Shown piece by piece: positions 23,122 through 36,575 of a stretch of 64,000 nt of DNA. Position numbers and translations under genes: made by a program. The notes below the pieces were generated by a model. The model saw only the letters and a program-made list of their open reading frames with translations. It searched no databases and was not told the DNA's origin. The DNA is from Protoeuglena noctilucae (lineage: Eukaryota): assembly GCA_958009085.1 (NCBI GenBank), contig OY253680.1:496001-560000 (forward strand), written 5' to 3'. Each line of letters starts with the position of its first letter. Positions within the stretch are counted from its first letter, which is position 1.

Positions 23122-24234
23122 TCAACCGAAGATGATCTGGGAGCCCCCGCCCGGCGCCTTGAGGACCCGGGAGGACGGCCGGTCCGTGATGAAGTTGCCC
23201 ACGTTCTGGCCATCCGGGCGAGCGTAGTTGTTGTTGTTGTGCCGGCCGATGGAAGCCTCGGACTCATCCTCCACCTGCAGTTGCGAAGCGCGGGTCCCGT
23301 TCGTGACGCGACGGGCTCAGCGCGGCCCGCCGTTGCATGGCCGCACGCGGTTCCCCGGAACTGACCTGAGCAGACCCGCCGCTCTTGATGCAGTCCACGA
23401 GGCGCTCGCGGAGGGCCTCGAGGCCACCCGCCGGCGACAGGCCGCGGGCACGGAGGGCCACGCGGAGGTCGGGCAGCGACATGCCCCGGATCTGGCGCTC
23501 GGTCTCCACGTCGAGCTGGCCCTGCGGAGATGGCGGGGACGGGGGTCCGGTGCGGCGCGGTTGGACGGAGGCGGCCCGGTCACGTCGCTTAACAACCGCG
23601 AGGGAGGCGCGTCGCGCAAGGGTTTCCGGGGCGCCCATCGACATCATCCGCTCTCATTCGATAAAACATAGCACGGGGATGTCCGTTCGAGAGGCATGGC
23701 GGCGAGAGCGACGCGGGAACGGCTCCCCCCTTGCGCAGGCCAACGCACCGCCGTGGGCTTCATGGAGGCCGACGCGTTGGACATGGAAGGAGCGTTCCTC
23801 TCCTTGAGAACCTGAAGAGAGCGGGGGAAACGTCGGGCGATCGGGAGACGCGTTGCGCAGGCAGGACGCGCCACGCGGGCCGGCCCCAAAGGGGCGGCAT
23901 GTCCGTTGCGCACGCGCCCCCGGCCGGCCTCGCGCGCTCGTGGCAAGCGCAGGCGATGGAAAGAGAGCGGGCGACGGGACCTGTCGGGCCCCGGACCCGC
24001 GAGGGGGTCACATCGGGGCGCAGCTGGGGCGACAAAAATACGCGGCGCCACGCGGCCCCCGGGCATTGTCCGCCCGCGCCACGCTCATCAAGATACAACG
24101 GAAAAGCTGCTCGGACCGGTCCTTTTCAAAGTCGGGTCGCAGCGGCCAACTCCGGGCGTTGTCACCTGCTCCTCGCCGCCGAAGAGGAAGTTCAGCTGGC
24201 TCGCGCCACCGCCGTTGGACTGACCACGAACCAT
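23122..24234 (-). CDS. SPR1: SPIRAL1-like microtubule-associated protein with internal SAP-like domain
   Basis: MVRGQSNGGGASQLNFLFG (SPR1 N motif); middle exon MSLPDLRVALRARGLSPAGGLEALRERL (SAP-like); NNYARPDGQNVGNFITDRPSSRVLKAPGGGSQIIFG* (SPR1 C motif). Three GT-AG introns. Confidence 0.85.
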
Positions 24235-24542
24235 TCTCGACAAAGATCGCTGGGATGGATTGTGGCGGCGTGGAGCCTCTCGAAGCTGTGATGGGACCGA
24301 AGCCATCAGAACTCGGTGCCAGGCAAACCCCTTGGGGCTGACGGGGCAGAACGCGTCGATGGACGCTGTGTTGGTTTGAATCATCGGTGTGGGAGTGACC
24401 GGCGGCACCTGCGTGGGGTCAGTCCGGGGCGGCAGTGCTACATCTCGTCTCGCCACGCTGTGCGCTCGTGCTGGGGAGATCCTGCGCGGGGGGAAGATGA
24501 TCCTGTAGCAGAGTGGCAGAAAGTCCTGGGAGAGGTGGGAGG

Positions 24543-26244
24543 ATGAGGGACATCACGCTTCCGACGCACGCGGGGGAGGTGAGCGACACCTCCGAACCCC
24601 GGCGAGGGGCAGCGAGAAGCAGCACAGCTATTCCGAGCTTTTGGCTGCCGCGTTATGCTCTCTTTACCCGTCTCCCACCCGCAGCGGCAGCCAACGGGGC
24701 TGGCCCAGCGCTTCACGCGGATTTCAAAGGTGCGCACAGCGTCCACTGGGCCGGAGCAGTCATGCTCTTCGCCCTCAGGATGTGTCTACCTCTTGGGCCT
24801 GTGGTGGTGTGGTCGGCGACGTTGCCGATGCGGGGGTGACATTGGGCAGGCCCCTCGCCCGCAGGCCGGAGCAGGCATGCTGGTCACGCTCTACCTCCTG
24901 TGCCTCGCCTTCCCCAGCCTGCGCGCCAATCTGAGCCTCGTCCCCGCCAAGGTCATTCCCTGCGTGTGGATGCTCTTCACCAGCTCGTTCGTCGAGCAGT
25001 CCTGGGTCCCCCTGGTCGCCAACGCCCTCAGCCTCCTGTTCATGTCCAAGCCCATCGAGCAGGTCTGGGGCTCCCGGGAGTACGCCAAGTACATTTCTAT
25101 ATGCGCCGTGTCCTCCGCCACCATCACGTGGATCTGCCTACTCGTGGAGGCCATGATCTTCACGGCGGTGCGCGAGACGGACCTGCTCTACGTCCCGTAC
25201 GGCGGCTTCCTCGGGGTCGTGGGTGGGCTCATGGTCGGGCTTAAGCAGGTCATGCCGGACACGACCGTCACGATCGCCGGACTCCTCAAAGTCGGCGTAT
25301 CCAGCGTGCCATTCGGTGAGGCCCGATGCGTGCGGGGTTGTGACCGCCGGCTGGCAGTGCTCCCCGCTGACTTGCAGCCGTTTGTCCATCCGCAGCGTCC
25401 GTCGTGTTCTTGGCTGCCTTCACGTTCCTGCTGAGGCTCCCCTTGTACCCCATGTATCTCCTCCTGTCAGGCATCTACGCGGGCTGGCTCTACCTCCGCT
25501 TCTTCCAGCCCGTGCCAGGTGACGACCACCAATGTCCATCTCTGTCGCCCTGTCATCTGTGCTGGCGTGGGCTGAAGCGTGAAACTCTGTCCTCATGAAT
25601 GTTCATGGTCTGATGTGACGGCAGAAGTTTATTGGGTGGTAAGAGTGGTCACCCATGGTTTGCCCCAGGCACGGCGCTCCGGGGCGACGAGCGCAGCGAG
25701 TTCCGGTTCGCGACGCTCTTTCCGTCCCCACTTCACGGCCCCTGCGACTCTGTCCTCAAGCACCTGGAGCCCATCGGTGAGACGGAGAGGGGGCGGGGAA
25801 GCAGCCGCAATGTGCCGTCCAAGTTGGATTGACTCTCCCCGCCCCTCCGTGCAAGCAGCGGCTGCGATTCGCACGCGGCCCCAGTCACAAGAGGCCCTTC
25901 CCCTGATCCGGCCCCCGGCATCCACCCAGCCCGACTCAAACGCACAGCGCCACGTGCAGCGCGGCCAGAGCGCCCTCGCGGCCCACCTGATGAGCAAGCA
26001 GAAGCAGGTGAGTGGGCGGCATCGGGACCTGTCCTGCTCTGCCATTTGACGGCCTGTTATGTGAGAAACGACCCACGGCATGGCTCGCCCGCAGGCGGAG
26101 AGGGCGAGCACGCCAGGCAGATCGCAGGGTGGGCCGAGTGCGGGGAGCGAGCAGGGCGGTGGGAAGGAGAGCGGTACGCTCGCGGGGTCGGCGGAGGGTG
26201 GGAAGGCCCCTTCGGCACAGGGTGGTGCCCCAGCCAGGACCTGA
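24543..26244 (+). CDS. TMEM115: TMEM115/rhomboid-like 19 (DUF1751) membrane protein
   Basis: RFTRISK|..LSLVPAKVIPCVWMLFTSSFVE..KPIEQVWGSREYAKYI, GFLGVVGGLMVGLKQVMPD, GWLYLRFFQ, RGDERSEFRFATLFP. Confidence 0.85.
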
Positions 26245-26454
26245 CACCAGTCCGCCGGGGCGACCTCCGCTCCTGTCTGATATCTGGCCCCACTAGCGCG
26301 CTCTCATTCTTGCACCCAAGCCGTCGCGTATAACCCGGGGCCGAGAGACTGGCGGGGCAGCCTCTGCGGCGACACGCGCACGCGCTTCCCGCTCTTTGAA
26401 CATTTAGATTATCCTAGTCGTGCGCCTCTTCAGCTGCGCCCAGCGGCGGCCACG

Positions 26455-28428
26455 ATGGAGGATGCCGGTCACATCGGGCACAGGACGAGGGCCGCGGCGC
26501 CGTCCGAGGGCCTTCAGGGCATCCAGAGGTTCACATCGCCTGTGGTGAACTTTGCGAAACAAGGCCAGAAGCTCGCGGGGGGCAGGTGAGGCGTCTCAGC
26601 GCTCACGGGGGCGAGTGATCTGCGGGACAACTGCACCTCGGGAGTGGCGAGGGCGGAGGCGCGATCCGGCGGAACTGTGTGCAGCTCGACTTTATGTCCT
26701 TTGAACTACGCATGGTACGGGCTCACGGGCCCCCCTGTGGCGCTGAGGCTCCCCCGCAGGTATTCGGTCGTCCACCTGTTGGGAAAAGGCGGCGTGGGCG
26801 TCGTCTTTCGAGGATGGGACCATGAGAGGGTGAGGAGGGAGTGCGGATGCAGCTGCGAAAGCAGGCGTGGGATGCGCGTGGACCAGCATCGCCCGCGGTG
26901 CCTCCATGGACAGACCTGGACCTTTTGTGAGGCCAGCCTGGACTCGCCGAGACACCGCTGGCGGGCATCTCTGCGGCGCGTTCTCGATGCGTGCCACGCG
27001 TCGCGTCCCCTTGGCTGCGCAGGGCGTCCCGGTGGCCCTGAAGGTCATCGACTGGCGGCAGTTGGAGCAGAGCGAGATGCTCACGTCGCGCCTGGTCAAC
27101 GAAATCCAGATCATGCGCAAGATCCGCTCGCCGCACGTGGTGCAGCTGTTTGACGTGTTCGTCCAGGCGGGGGTCATGAACTCGCACCTCGTCATTGCCA
27201 TGGAGCTCGTCGACGGGGAGGACCTCCTGCAGAAGATCCGCCACGCCCAGCCCGTGTGCCGGCTGGACGAGGACCTCGCCCGCAGCCTGTTTGTGCAGCT
27301 GCTCGCGGCCACCGAGTACCTGCACGAGAACAACCTCGTCCACAGGTGCGCGCGATACCGGTGGTGCTGCCAACGCCTCCCAACGATGACCTGCGCGTAT
27401 GAGAGCTCGCTGCTGAGCCTCCGTCGCAGGGACATCAAGCCCGAGAACATCATGGTCGAGTACGGCAGCAACCACCTGAAGCTCATCGACTTCGGGCTCT
27501 CCAAGCACATCACGTCGGCCAAGACCCTCGGGGTGGGGACGCCGGGCTTCCTGCCCCCTGAGACCATCCTGCGCACGGCTCCGGACGGGAGGCTCGTGGC
27601 CCCTGACGCGCCGTATGACCCCAGGAAGGCGAGAGGGGAGGGCCCGGCGCACGATGTTGGATAGCGCTCACGACTGCTTCCATTTGGCTATGTGTTGATC
27701 GCACCCAAATGCTCGGCGTCAGGTGCCATGAGTATGGAGGAGCTACGGTCTGGGTAGGCCTACTTATGCCCGCACGGTGGTGGTTTCCTACGCAGGTGGA
27801 CTCGTGGGCGATTGGCGCCACCCTGTACCTCATGGTCGAGGGGCGCTACCCGTTCGACCTGAACAACGACGGAGGGCGCAACGTGGCTGCCATGCTCAAG
27901 GCCCAAGTCAAGGGCGTCTTCCGGTGCGTGCTCGGCATGGCGATGTGTATGTATGTGTGTACAGCCCGTGTGTATGTGTATGTATGTATGTATCAGCACA
28001 CCAGCACATCAGCAGATGGCAGCGTTGCTGTCTGCGTGACATGAAACGCATAACAGCTCTTTTCTTCCGGACATTGCTGGGAGATGGCATGGAAAGAGCT
28101 ACGGACTCAGTGGCACGAGCTGACACACGTCATTCCCTCCTACCCCACGCGCAGGCCGCTGCAAGACAAGTTCCGCGGCACGGCCCTGGAGGACCTCATA
28201 TGCCACCTTCTGGACCCGAACCCCACGACGCGCTTCTCGCTCGAAGACATCAAGACCCACCCCTGGGTCCAGGCGGGGCTCGAGACGTCGTCGGTGCCCC
28301 CGGTGGCCACGGCCGCGCCGCGGCCCGCCCCGCTGCAGGAGCAGGTGCAGACCCTGCGGGGCATCAACACCGCGCCCGTCGTGTGCGGGGGCCTGGCGGG
28401 GCCCGGGGGGCGCGCGGCGGGGTTGTAA
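26455..28428 (+). CDS. Ser/Thr protein kinase (CAMK/SnRK-like)
   Basis: LGKGGVGVV, VALK, NEIQIM, HR|DIKPEN, DFGLSK, GTPGFLPPE, K|VDSWAIG, RFSLEDIKTHPW. GC-AG intron at 27629. Confidence 0.92.
27944..27992. repeat. Imperfect (TG)n/(TGTA)n microsatellite in kinase intron
   Basis: tgtgtatgtatgtgtgtac..gtgtgtatgtgtatgtatgtatgtat. Confidence 0.8.
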
Positions 28429-28671
28429 GTCACCACGCAGCTCGGTGCACAAGGCCCGGCAGGGCCTCATCCACCCATGTGACCGCATAGCGAGCGCCAG
28501 CCCTGCTCGTCTGTGCATCTTCGAGCAACATCTTTCAAGTTCCATTTGAGTCTAGCTCTCTCATCGCGCTTACAGCCGCGGAGAGTCCCTTGCGCGGCGT
28601 CCCGCTTTGGTCACGCAACACGCGATAGAAACACAACCCCCTGGTGCCCGTCCCCGCAAGCGCTCGCAAGC

Positions 28672-31600
28672 TCACGGGCGCGCGCCCTCCCCGAGCCGCG
28701 TGACGATGCGCAGGGCCATCTTGCGGACCAGCTTGGCCACCGTGACCCGCACGCCCGGCAGCAGCGCCGGGGCCATGGCCGCCAGCTCCAGGGCCACGAA
28801 GGCGCCGGCGCGGACCATGTCGCCGCTCAGGCTCGTCTTGGGCATGCCGTCGAACATGGCGTGCACGTTGTCAAGCGCCTCCTCGTCCTCCTCGGACAGC
28901 TCCATCACGGGCGCGATGTGGCTGAGCAGGTCGAGCGGCAGCTGCACCGGCTGCAGCATCATGGGCGTCATGGGCCCGAACGCCTCCATCTCCCCCAGCG
29001 CCGCCGTCACGCCCGCCCCGCCCAGCAGGAGCCGCAGCACCTCCGACGCCGCCTCGCGCGACATGACATCCACCGCCGCCACCATCTGAGGGGAAGCGGA
29101 AGGGGCGCGATCGCGTGACGCCAGCCGCAAGTGCCCTGGCCTTGCTGAACCCAGCTCACGCACGGACAGACACGTCTACAGGGTCGTCATGGCCCAGCAG
29201 AACGCAACCCAGGCCTGTCATACTGATACGACTATCCAGCGCCTCTCTCGCCCAGCGACGCTCACCTCTTCCACAAAGAGGTCCTGCACGTACGACCCCT
29301 CGGCCGAGAACACTAAAAACAGCGCGTCCTTCACGGCCGGGTCCAGGCGAGGCACGCTTATCTCCCGCGACCGCCTGCGGAGAGAAGAGGACGCGAAAAA
29401 GTGAGAGGAAGCCGGGTGCTGTCATCGCCGCGGCCAAGGCGGGCTCGACGCGTGCGTGGGGTGCTGGCCGCCTGGGCACCGGAGCCAGGCCAGGCTGTTC
29501 AGCGCCGAAGGCTGCGAGACCCACACCCGCCCCGCACCTGCGCGGCCGCGCGCCCTCCTCGCCGGCGCCGCTCTTGGTCTCCATGGAGTAGGCCCGGAAC
29601 CCCTGGGCCATGCGCTGGACGCGCCGGACGTCCAGACGCCCCCCGTCCGTGTAGAGGAGCTTGCGCAGGAGGACGCGGGAGTGCTCCGAGTTGTCGGAGA
29701 GGAGGCGGCGGGAGAGGTAGGGGAAGCACTCGCCGACGATCGAGTACTCCGGGTCGGCCTTTAAGGCGATGCCCTCGAGCACGCCGAAGGCGCGGAGCAC
29801 CAGGGCAAAGTACCCGGGGACGCGGAGGGGGTAGCTGGCGGCCAGGCCCTCCATTTCGGACATGAGGGTGCTGATGGAGATGCGCCCTGCGCCCCCGCCG
29901 TCCACGATCTGCCCCATGATGGCGCCCAGCATCTTGGTCACGCCCGCCGCGTCGGGGTCGGGCGCGTCGTCGGGAATGAAGCCCAGCTTGTGCAGGGCCT
30001 GCACCACCGCGCGCCAGTCCTTGTTGCACAGGTGCGCGATGAACTCGACCAGCGTCTGCCGCTGCTCCTCCGACACCTCGCCCATGAGGCCAAAGTCCAG
30101 CACGCAGATCTTACCATCGGGCGTGCGGATCAGGTTGCCGGGGTGCGGGTCTGCGCGGGGGGTTGGAAACGCGCTGTGTCACACCGCCGTGCCCCTCGGA
30201 GCCATGCAATGGCAGTGCTGTAGGGAAGGACCGCTCGCCGCAACTGCTACCGCTCACCCGCGTGCAGGAAGCCCGTCTCCAGGAGCTGCACGAGGTAGCA
30301 GTTGAGCATGACGGTGACGAGGGCCTTGACGTCCTCGGCCTTGGACTCGGAGAGCTTCTCGCCGTGGACCCACTCGGTCACAAGGACGCGTTTCGTGCTG
30401 AGGTCCTCAAACACCTGCGACGACGCACGCGGGTGGGCGAGGATGCAATGAGACCTGAGGTGACGCCACGGCGCATCGACGCGTGCCCGGGACTCTTCAC
30501 TGAAACCCCTGGGAGATGCCAGGGGCCAGGCGCATGGGGAGGGCCAGTCGCGAGTCACCGTGGGCACACGCACGATCTGCAGGTCGCGCATGTCCTCCTG
30601 GAAGCGCTTGGCGTTGGCCGCCTCGTGGCAGTAGTCCATCTCGAGGAAGAAGCGCGAGGCCCACTCGTCCAGGAGGCCCGTCATGCCCCCGATGTTGGCG
30701 GCCGCCTCGCCCGGGAGCGTGCCGATGAAGCTGATGATCTTGCGGATCACGAAGAGGTCTAAGGAGGAGTTCTCGAGGATGTTGGGCCGCTGGATCTTGA
30801 TGGCAACCTCCTGGCCCCCGAAGTGGTCCTGCAGGATGCCCCGGTAGACCTGGCCGATGGAGGCGGCGGCCACGGGCTTGGCCGAGATGGTCTGGAAGAT
30901 TTGCTCCGGGGGGCACCCGAGCTCGGCGGTGAGGATGTCGCGCGCGTCGGCGGTCGAGAAGGGCCGGACGCGGTCCTGGAGCTTGCTGAAGTGCTGGAGG
31001 TAGGCGGGGGGCATCATGTCGACGCGCGTGGACATGAGCTGGGCCAGCTTGATGAAGGACGGGCCGAGGTCCTCGATGATGTGCAGGCACATCTCGGCGC
31101 GCTGGTCCATGTTGCGCTCCCAGGCGCCCGTGTGCCAGTCCAGCAGCAGCAGCGTGCCCACGCGCAGCGCCTGCGCCGACACCACCACCGTGCGCCGCAG
31201 CACCGTCAAAGGGTGCTCGTCCAGGTACGCCTCGATAGCCGCCAGGTCGTAGCGGTCCGGCAGCGCGTGGGGGGCGCTGCGCCAGCGCTCGGCCGACGCG
31301 TCGCCGGGGACGGCCGCGCCGATGACGGCCACCACGCCCACCGCCGCGATGGCCAGCGTCGCGGCGTCCGAGCCGTCCGCGCGGTGCAGGAGGTCCGTCA
31401 GGGCCTTGAGGCCTGACGCCAGCGGCGAGTCAGGGCCCACCAGGGACGGCGCTGCGTCGTGGAACACGTCGGCGACCGCCCGCAGCACCGCCATCAGGAA
31501 ACCGCGTATGGCCTCGGGCTCCGCGCCCGATGCGCTCCCCATGGGCAGGTCCTGCGGGAGTCCAATGGACCGCCTCGGTTCAACCCTCGCCCACACGCAG

Positions 31601-33055
31601 CGAGTGTGCACAAGCGACGGCGCGGCGCATGTACAAATATCCCGCGTCACCTTGGTTTGGTCCAGGACGTCTTGGAGGGCCTGGGCGAGGGACTGGTGCG
31701 TGGCGTCCTGCAGCGAGGCCAGCTGGCCGACGGCGGCGGTGGCTGCCTCCCGCAGGCCCGCGGCGTCCGCGGCCGCCCCCGCGGCGGCGGAGGCGACGGC
31801 GCCGACCCCCACAGCGAGGGCCGCGTGCTCCGTCGCGAAGACCTCCGGGTTGGCCGTCAGCACGGCCGCGCTGACCTGGGCGGCGTCGAGGGCCGACAGC
31901 ACGAGCGACGCGGCCACCGTGCCCTGGAACGCCGGGCTCGACAGCGCGCTCTGCAGGCTGCGCACGACGGCCGACATGCACGCCGGGGCGCGCTCCGGGA
32001 GCTGCGCATGGCTCTCCTCACGGGCAATGCGAGGAGCGTCCGCGCCGTTCTCTTCGCGCTCCGGGGGCGCGGGCGTGGCCATCGCATCCACCTCCTCCAG
32101 GAAGGAGTGGAAAGCGCCCAGGGCCAGGCGAAGACGGGCCGCCTGGTCCAGCAGCTCGCGTGGCGCCAACTCCGGGTTCTGCGGACTCGGGAGGCGACCG
32201 CGGTGTGGCGGGTTAGGCGAGCAGATGCGAAGGAGTGGGAACATCGCGCAGGGCTGGGGCCGGGCGTCACCTGCGGCGCGTACGCGCTGGACGCCTCCCT
32301 CGAGGCGCGCGCCACGACATCGACGTGGCGGGCGCGCTCCGACGTCCCCTGCCTCCGCGGGACACGCCCCTCCGTCGCCTTGACCGCCACTCGCCTCGGG
32401 AGACGCTCCATCCCTGCGGAGAGCGACGGAAGCGCAGTCATCCATTTGCGGGGCATTTCAAACGCCTCTGGCCCGCGAGACAGGCAGCCGCGACGGCCCG
32501 AGGCTCCAAAGTGGCCAAGGTGCCGTAAGGAGCCGGCCGGACAGGCGCGGGCCGAGCGCACCGCGCGTTCCAGGCCTTGGCATGTCGCGCGGCAAGGGAC
32601 GGCCCAGAGAGGGGGAGCCCGCCGTGGGAACAGAGGCGAAAGGCTACGTCGCGAGCGTGGGAGCGGCGGGCCGGGTCGGAGGAAGCGTCGCTAGGCTCCC
32701 GCCCAGGCGTTGACCCTCGGAAGGGCCGCAGCGCCGTGCAGAGCCCCCCACGGTCCCGAAGCGCTCGTTTCGAAAGCGCTCGCCAAACGGCGCGGGGGGA
32801 TCGTCGCACGATCGGCGCGGCGCGACACATCCCTGCCTTCGAGGCCCCCCCTCGCGACACGACGCCGGAGTCGTTACAGCAGCGGAAAGCCAGCTGCACG
32901 AGTCCCGTTTCCACCCGTATATAGGGCAAGGAGCCCCGGAGGGGCCTGCAACGGCCGGGGCAAGGCTGGGGTGCCCGCTCACCCGCGCAGCTTTGCGCCG
33001 CCCTCACGGCCGAGGACGTAGAGGCGCCATTGACGGTGACTCCCACCCGCTCCAT
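28672..33055 (-). CDS. ABC1/UbiB atypical kinase (plastid ABC1K type)
   Basis: LGPSFIKLAQLMSTRVD, KLQDRVRPF, PVAAASIGQVYRG, VAIKIQRP, EMDYCHEAANA, VLVTEWVHG, QLLETGFLHA|DPHPGNL, LDFGLM, VPGYFALVLRAFGVLEGIAL. Long N-terminal extension; start uncertain. Confidence 0.92.
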
Positions 33056-33458
33056 CTTCCCGCGCGCGGTCTCCGGGACCTCACTAGCGCGCCAGGGCTA
33101 GGCTCAACGAAGCGCCCGGTCCTCGCCGCGCTCCATATCGTCTGGAAGCCGACGTCGCGGTCGCTTCCCTGATCGGGGGGCCGCTTCCCGTGCCAGTTTT
33201 GCGTGCCAGGGTTTGGGGGGTACGACTTGGGCCCCCGCGCCCGTCAGCGGTCGCCAATGGCGCGCAGTCCACATCGCCGCCCTCGGCCCCGGCTTTCTCG
33301 AGCCCCAAAGAGTTCCAACGAGACGTGCGCGCCCCCCCGACCCCCTCGCGCTCCGACGAGCTGCCCCTTCAGATATCGTCGCGTTCTCGGTGCGCCTGCC
33401 GTGCCCTCGACGCGTGTTGGTCGACCGGGGACCCCGCCAGCCGCGCCAGCGCGCAACC

Positions 33459-35985
33459 ATGGCGACAGCCGGCCCAAGCTCCGAGGAGGACTGGAGGAAA
33501 CAGCTGAAACTGCCCCCAAAAGATGCGCGGTACAAGACGGACGTGAGTCGGGCGGGTTTGGGGGACCCAGGGCACAACAGGCCGCGCCGGGCCCCTGCCC
33601 TGGCCTGAGGCCCGATCGGGGCGTGTTATATGCTGGGGAGCCCTTGAACACGCGGGGGAGGGGGCTTGTTCCCCCGCCTGTCGCGATCTGGACTGGCACG
33701 CGCGCGGAGCACCGCATCGGGGCATGGGGTGCCCCCGGGGGACGCTGCGGGCCCCTCCCCCCCTTCGCTGACTCTTCGTCGCGCCGTCTCGCGCTGCGTC
33801 TGGCCGTGCCGTGCTCGGAGACCTCAAGGGGACCGCGTGGCTGCCCCGCAGGACGTCATGGCGACGAAGGGGCAGGAGTTCGAGGACTACTTCCTGAAAC
33901 GCGAGCTCCTGATGGGCATTTACGAGAAGGGCTTCGAGAAGCCGTCCCCCATCCAGGAGGAGTCCATCCCTATCGCGCTCACGGGACGGGACATCCTCGC
34001 ACGCGCCAAGGTGCCTGCGGGCCGCCGTGCCCGCGCTGCCCGGCGGGCCCCGCTCCCCGGGCCGTCACGCGCGTCCCTCTCGTCGCGCAGAACGGGACGG
34101 GCAAGACGGCGGCCTTCTCGATCCCCGTGCTGGAAAAGATTGACCCCCAGTCCATCGTGGACGAGGAGGGCAACACCGAGGTCGGGACCATCCTGGCCGT
34201 CATCCTGGTGCCGACGCGGGAGCTGGCGCTTCAGACGTCTCAAGTCTGCAAAGAGCTGGGCAAGCACATGGGCCTGCAGATCATGGGTGAGCGCGCGGGG
34301 TCCCGCGGGGTGGGTCGATCTGGGGCTGTGCGCACCCATTCGCTCTTTCGTTCCCCGGGCCTTGCGACGTCGTGTGCGTGCGACTCAACGACTCTGCTGT
34401 TCAGGGCCATCATCACGTGCCAGGACCCTTGTTGATGCGCGCAGCCACGACGGGGGGCACCGTCCTTCGTGATGACATTATGCGCATGTACAGTCCTGTC
34501 CACGTCCTCGTCGCGACGCCGGGCCGCCTCATCGATCTCGCCTCCAAGGGCATCGCCAAGGCAAGTGGTGGCTTGGTGTCCCCCGCCCTGCCACCACCCT
34601 TTGATTGCGTTGCCCACGTCTTTCGCATGTCTCGCATGCCTCCCGTCTGTCGCCCACTGCTGAAGCATTCCCCCCCGGCACCCCCCGCAGCTCCACAAGT
34701 GCAAGATCCTCGTCATGGACGAGGCCGACAAGCTCCTATCCCCAGAGTTCCAGCCCCTGGTGGAGCAACTCATCAACGAGTTCCTCCCGGCCGACCGACA
34801 AATCCTCCTTTACTCTGCCACGTTCCCTGTCACCGGTGAGCCGAGCCAGAGGAGCGGGAGTGTCTCCGATGCCGACGCTGAGGCCGGCACTATGGCTTGA
34901 AGGCTGGAGCCACGCGAGGTGGCAGGGCTGGCTGCGGGTCACAACCAGCAGCGGGTCAGCTGAGCACGGGCGCGTGCCCCGCCCGCAGTGCGCTCCTTCA
35001 AGGACAAGTACCTGAAGAAGCCGTATATTATCAACCTGATGGATGAGTTGACGCTGAAGGGCATCACCCAGTACTATGCGTATGTCGAAGAGCTCCAAAA
35101 AGTGCACTGGTGAGTGGGGGGCGGGAGGTGTCTTGGTATGTGGCCATGGCAGTGGAGCACATATGGGGCTTCTTTATTGGCGGGGACGGATGCGTCGGGG
35201 ACCAAGCAGGGGCTACTAGCTTGGGTTCATGACCCTCGCCCCTCCTTCGCCCCACGCAGCCTGAACACCCTTTTCTCCAAGCTCCAGATCAACCAGTCCA
35301 TTATTTTCTGCAACAGCGTGAACCGGGTGGAGCTGCTGGTGAGCGTTTGATCGTCATGTTCGCGCCACAAAACTAGGCACCCCCTGGGCGGCGCCAGAGC
35401 GACGCTCGACACTCATGCATTGCACCCCACCCCCCCTCGGCCCCCAGGCCAAGCGCATCACCGACCTGGGTTACACGTGCTTCTACATCCACGCCAAGAT
35501 GCCCCAGAAGGAGCGCAACCGCGTCTTCCACGACTTCCGGAGCGGCAAGTGCCGCAACCTCGTGTCCTCCGACCTCTTCACGCGGGGCATCGACATCCAG
35601 GCCGTCAACGTCGTCATCAACTTCGACTTCCCCAAGGCGAGGGCCGCTGTGACGGATTCATGTCACACCTGGCGGAGTCCCACTGCGGTGTCAAGCGCGC
35701 ACGCGCCTTGGTCTGTGTATACACATGAGCAACACCCGTGCGCAGTCGTTTCCCTCCGGCAAGCTTCCCGGCGCCTCACGACGCGGCATGTCTGTCTCGC
35801 TCTTGCAGAACAGCGAGACGTACCTGCACCGCGTGGGGCGGTCGGGGCGCTTCGGGCACCTGGGCCTGGCCATCAACCTCATCACGATCGAGGACAAGGA
35901 CAACCTGTTCAAGATCGAGCAGGAGCTCGGGACCGAGATCAAGCCCATCCCACCCGCGATCGACAACGAGCTCTACTGCCGCTGA
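33459..35985 (+). CDS. DDX6: DEAD-box RNA helicase DDX6/Dhh1
   Basis: [130 protein letters not shown]. Confidence 0.97.
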
Positions 35986-36575
35986 GGGGCCGGGGGGCAC
36001 GGCTGGGGCGGCGGCCGGGGGGTGGTGCTGGCGCCGAGCGGGGAGGGGGGGGGGCTGGGGTGGTGACGGCCATGGCGGGTGGCTGGTGGAGTTACGGGGA
36101 GCGAGTGGGGGGTTTGGTCGTGGCATGCAGTGGCAGGACGTGGGGAGTGTTGAGGTTGTGACGGGGTGGAGTGGTGGGGTGGGGTGAGAGATTGATGGAA
36201 GAGAAGCGAGTGGGTGGAGAGAGAGGTGGAATGGTCGGGAACGTGGAGTCTGGAGTGGGGTGGTGGTGACACGTGGTGAAACGTGTCCGGAGGGGTGGGT
36301 GTCTTGGGGTGTTGCCGTCCTGGGGTGTGGGTCTGGAGAAATTGCGGCAAGGGGCGTCGGGCTGTGCGCTTGCCTGCGCACGTTCGTCGTGGTTCTGGCA
36401 TCGGCGGTGGTGCTGGTGCTGGGCAGGACGGGGCATCTGTCCCGATGGGCTGGGCGCGGGAGTGGCACGCCCTGAGTCGAAGAGCGTGTGGGCCTCTGTG
36501 GAAGAGGTAGGGAGAATGCGTTGATTGGCGTGGCATGAAGGGTGCTGGCGGGGGTCGGAGAACGTGCCAGCGGAG

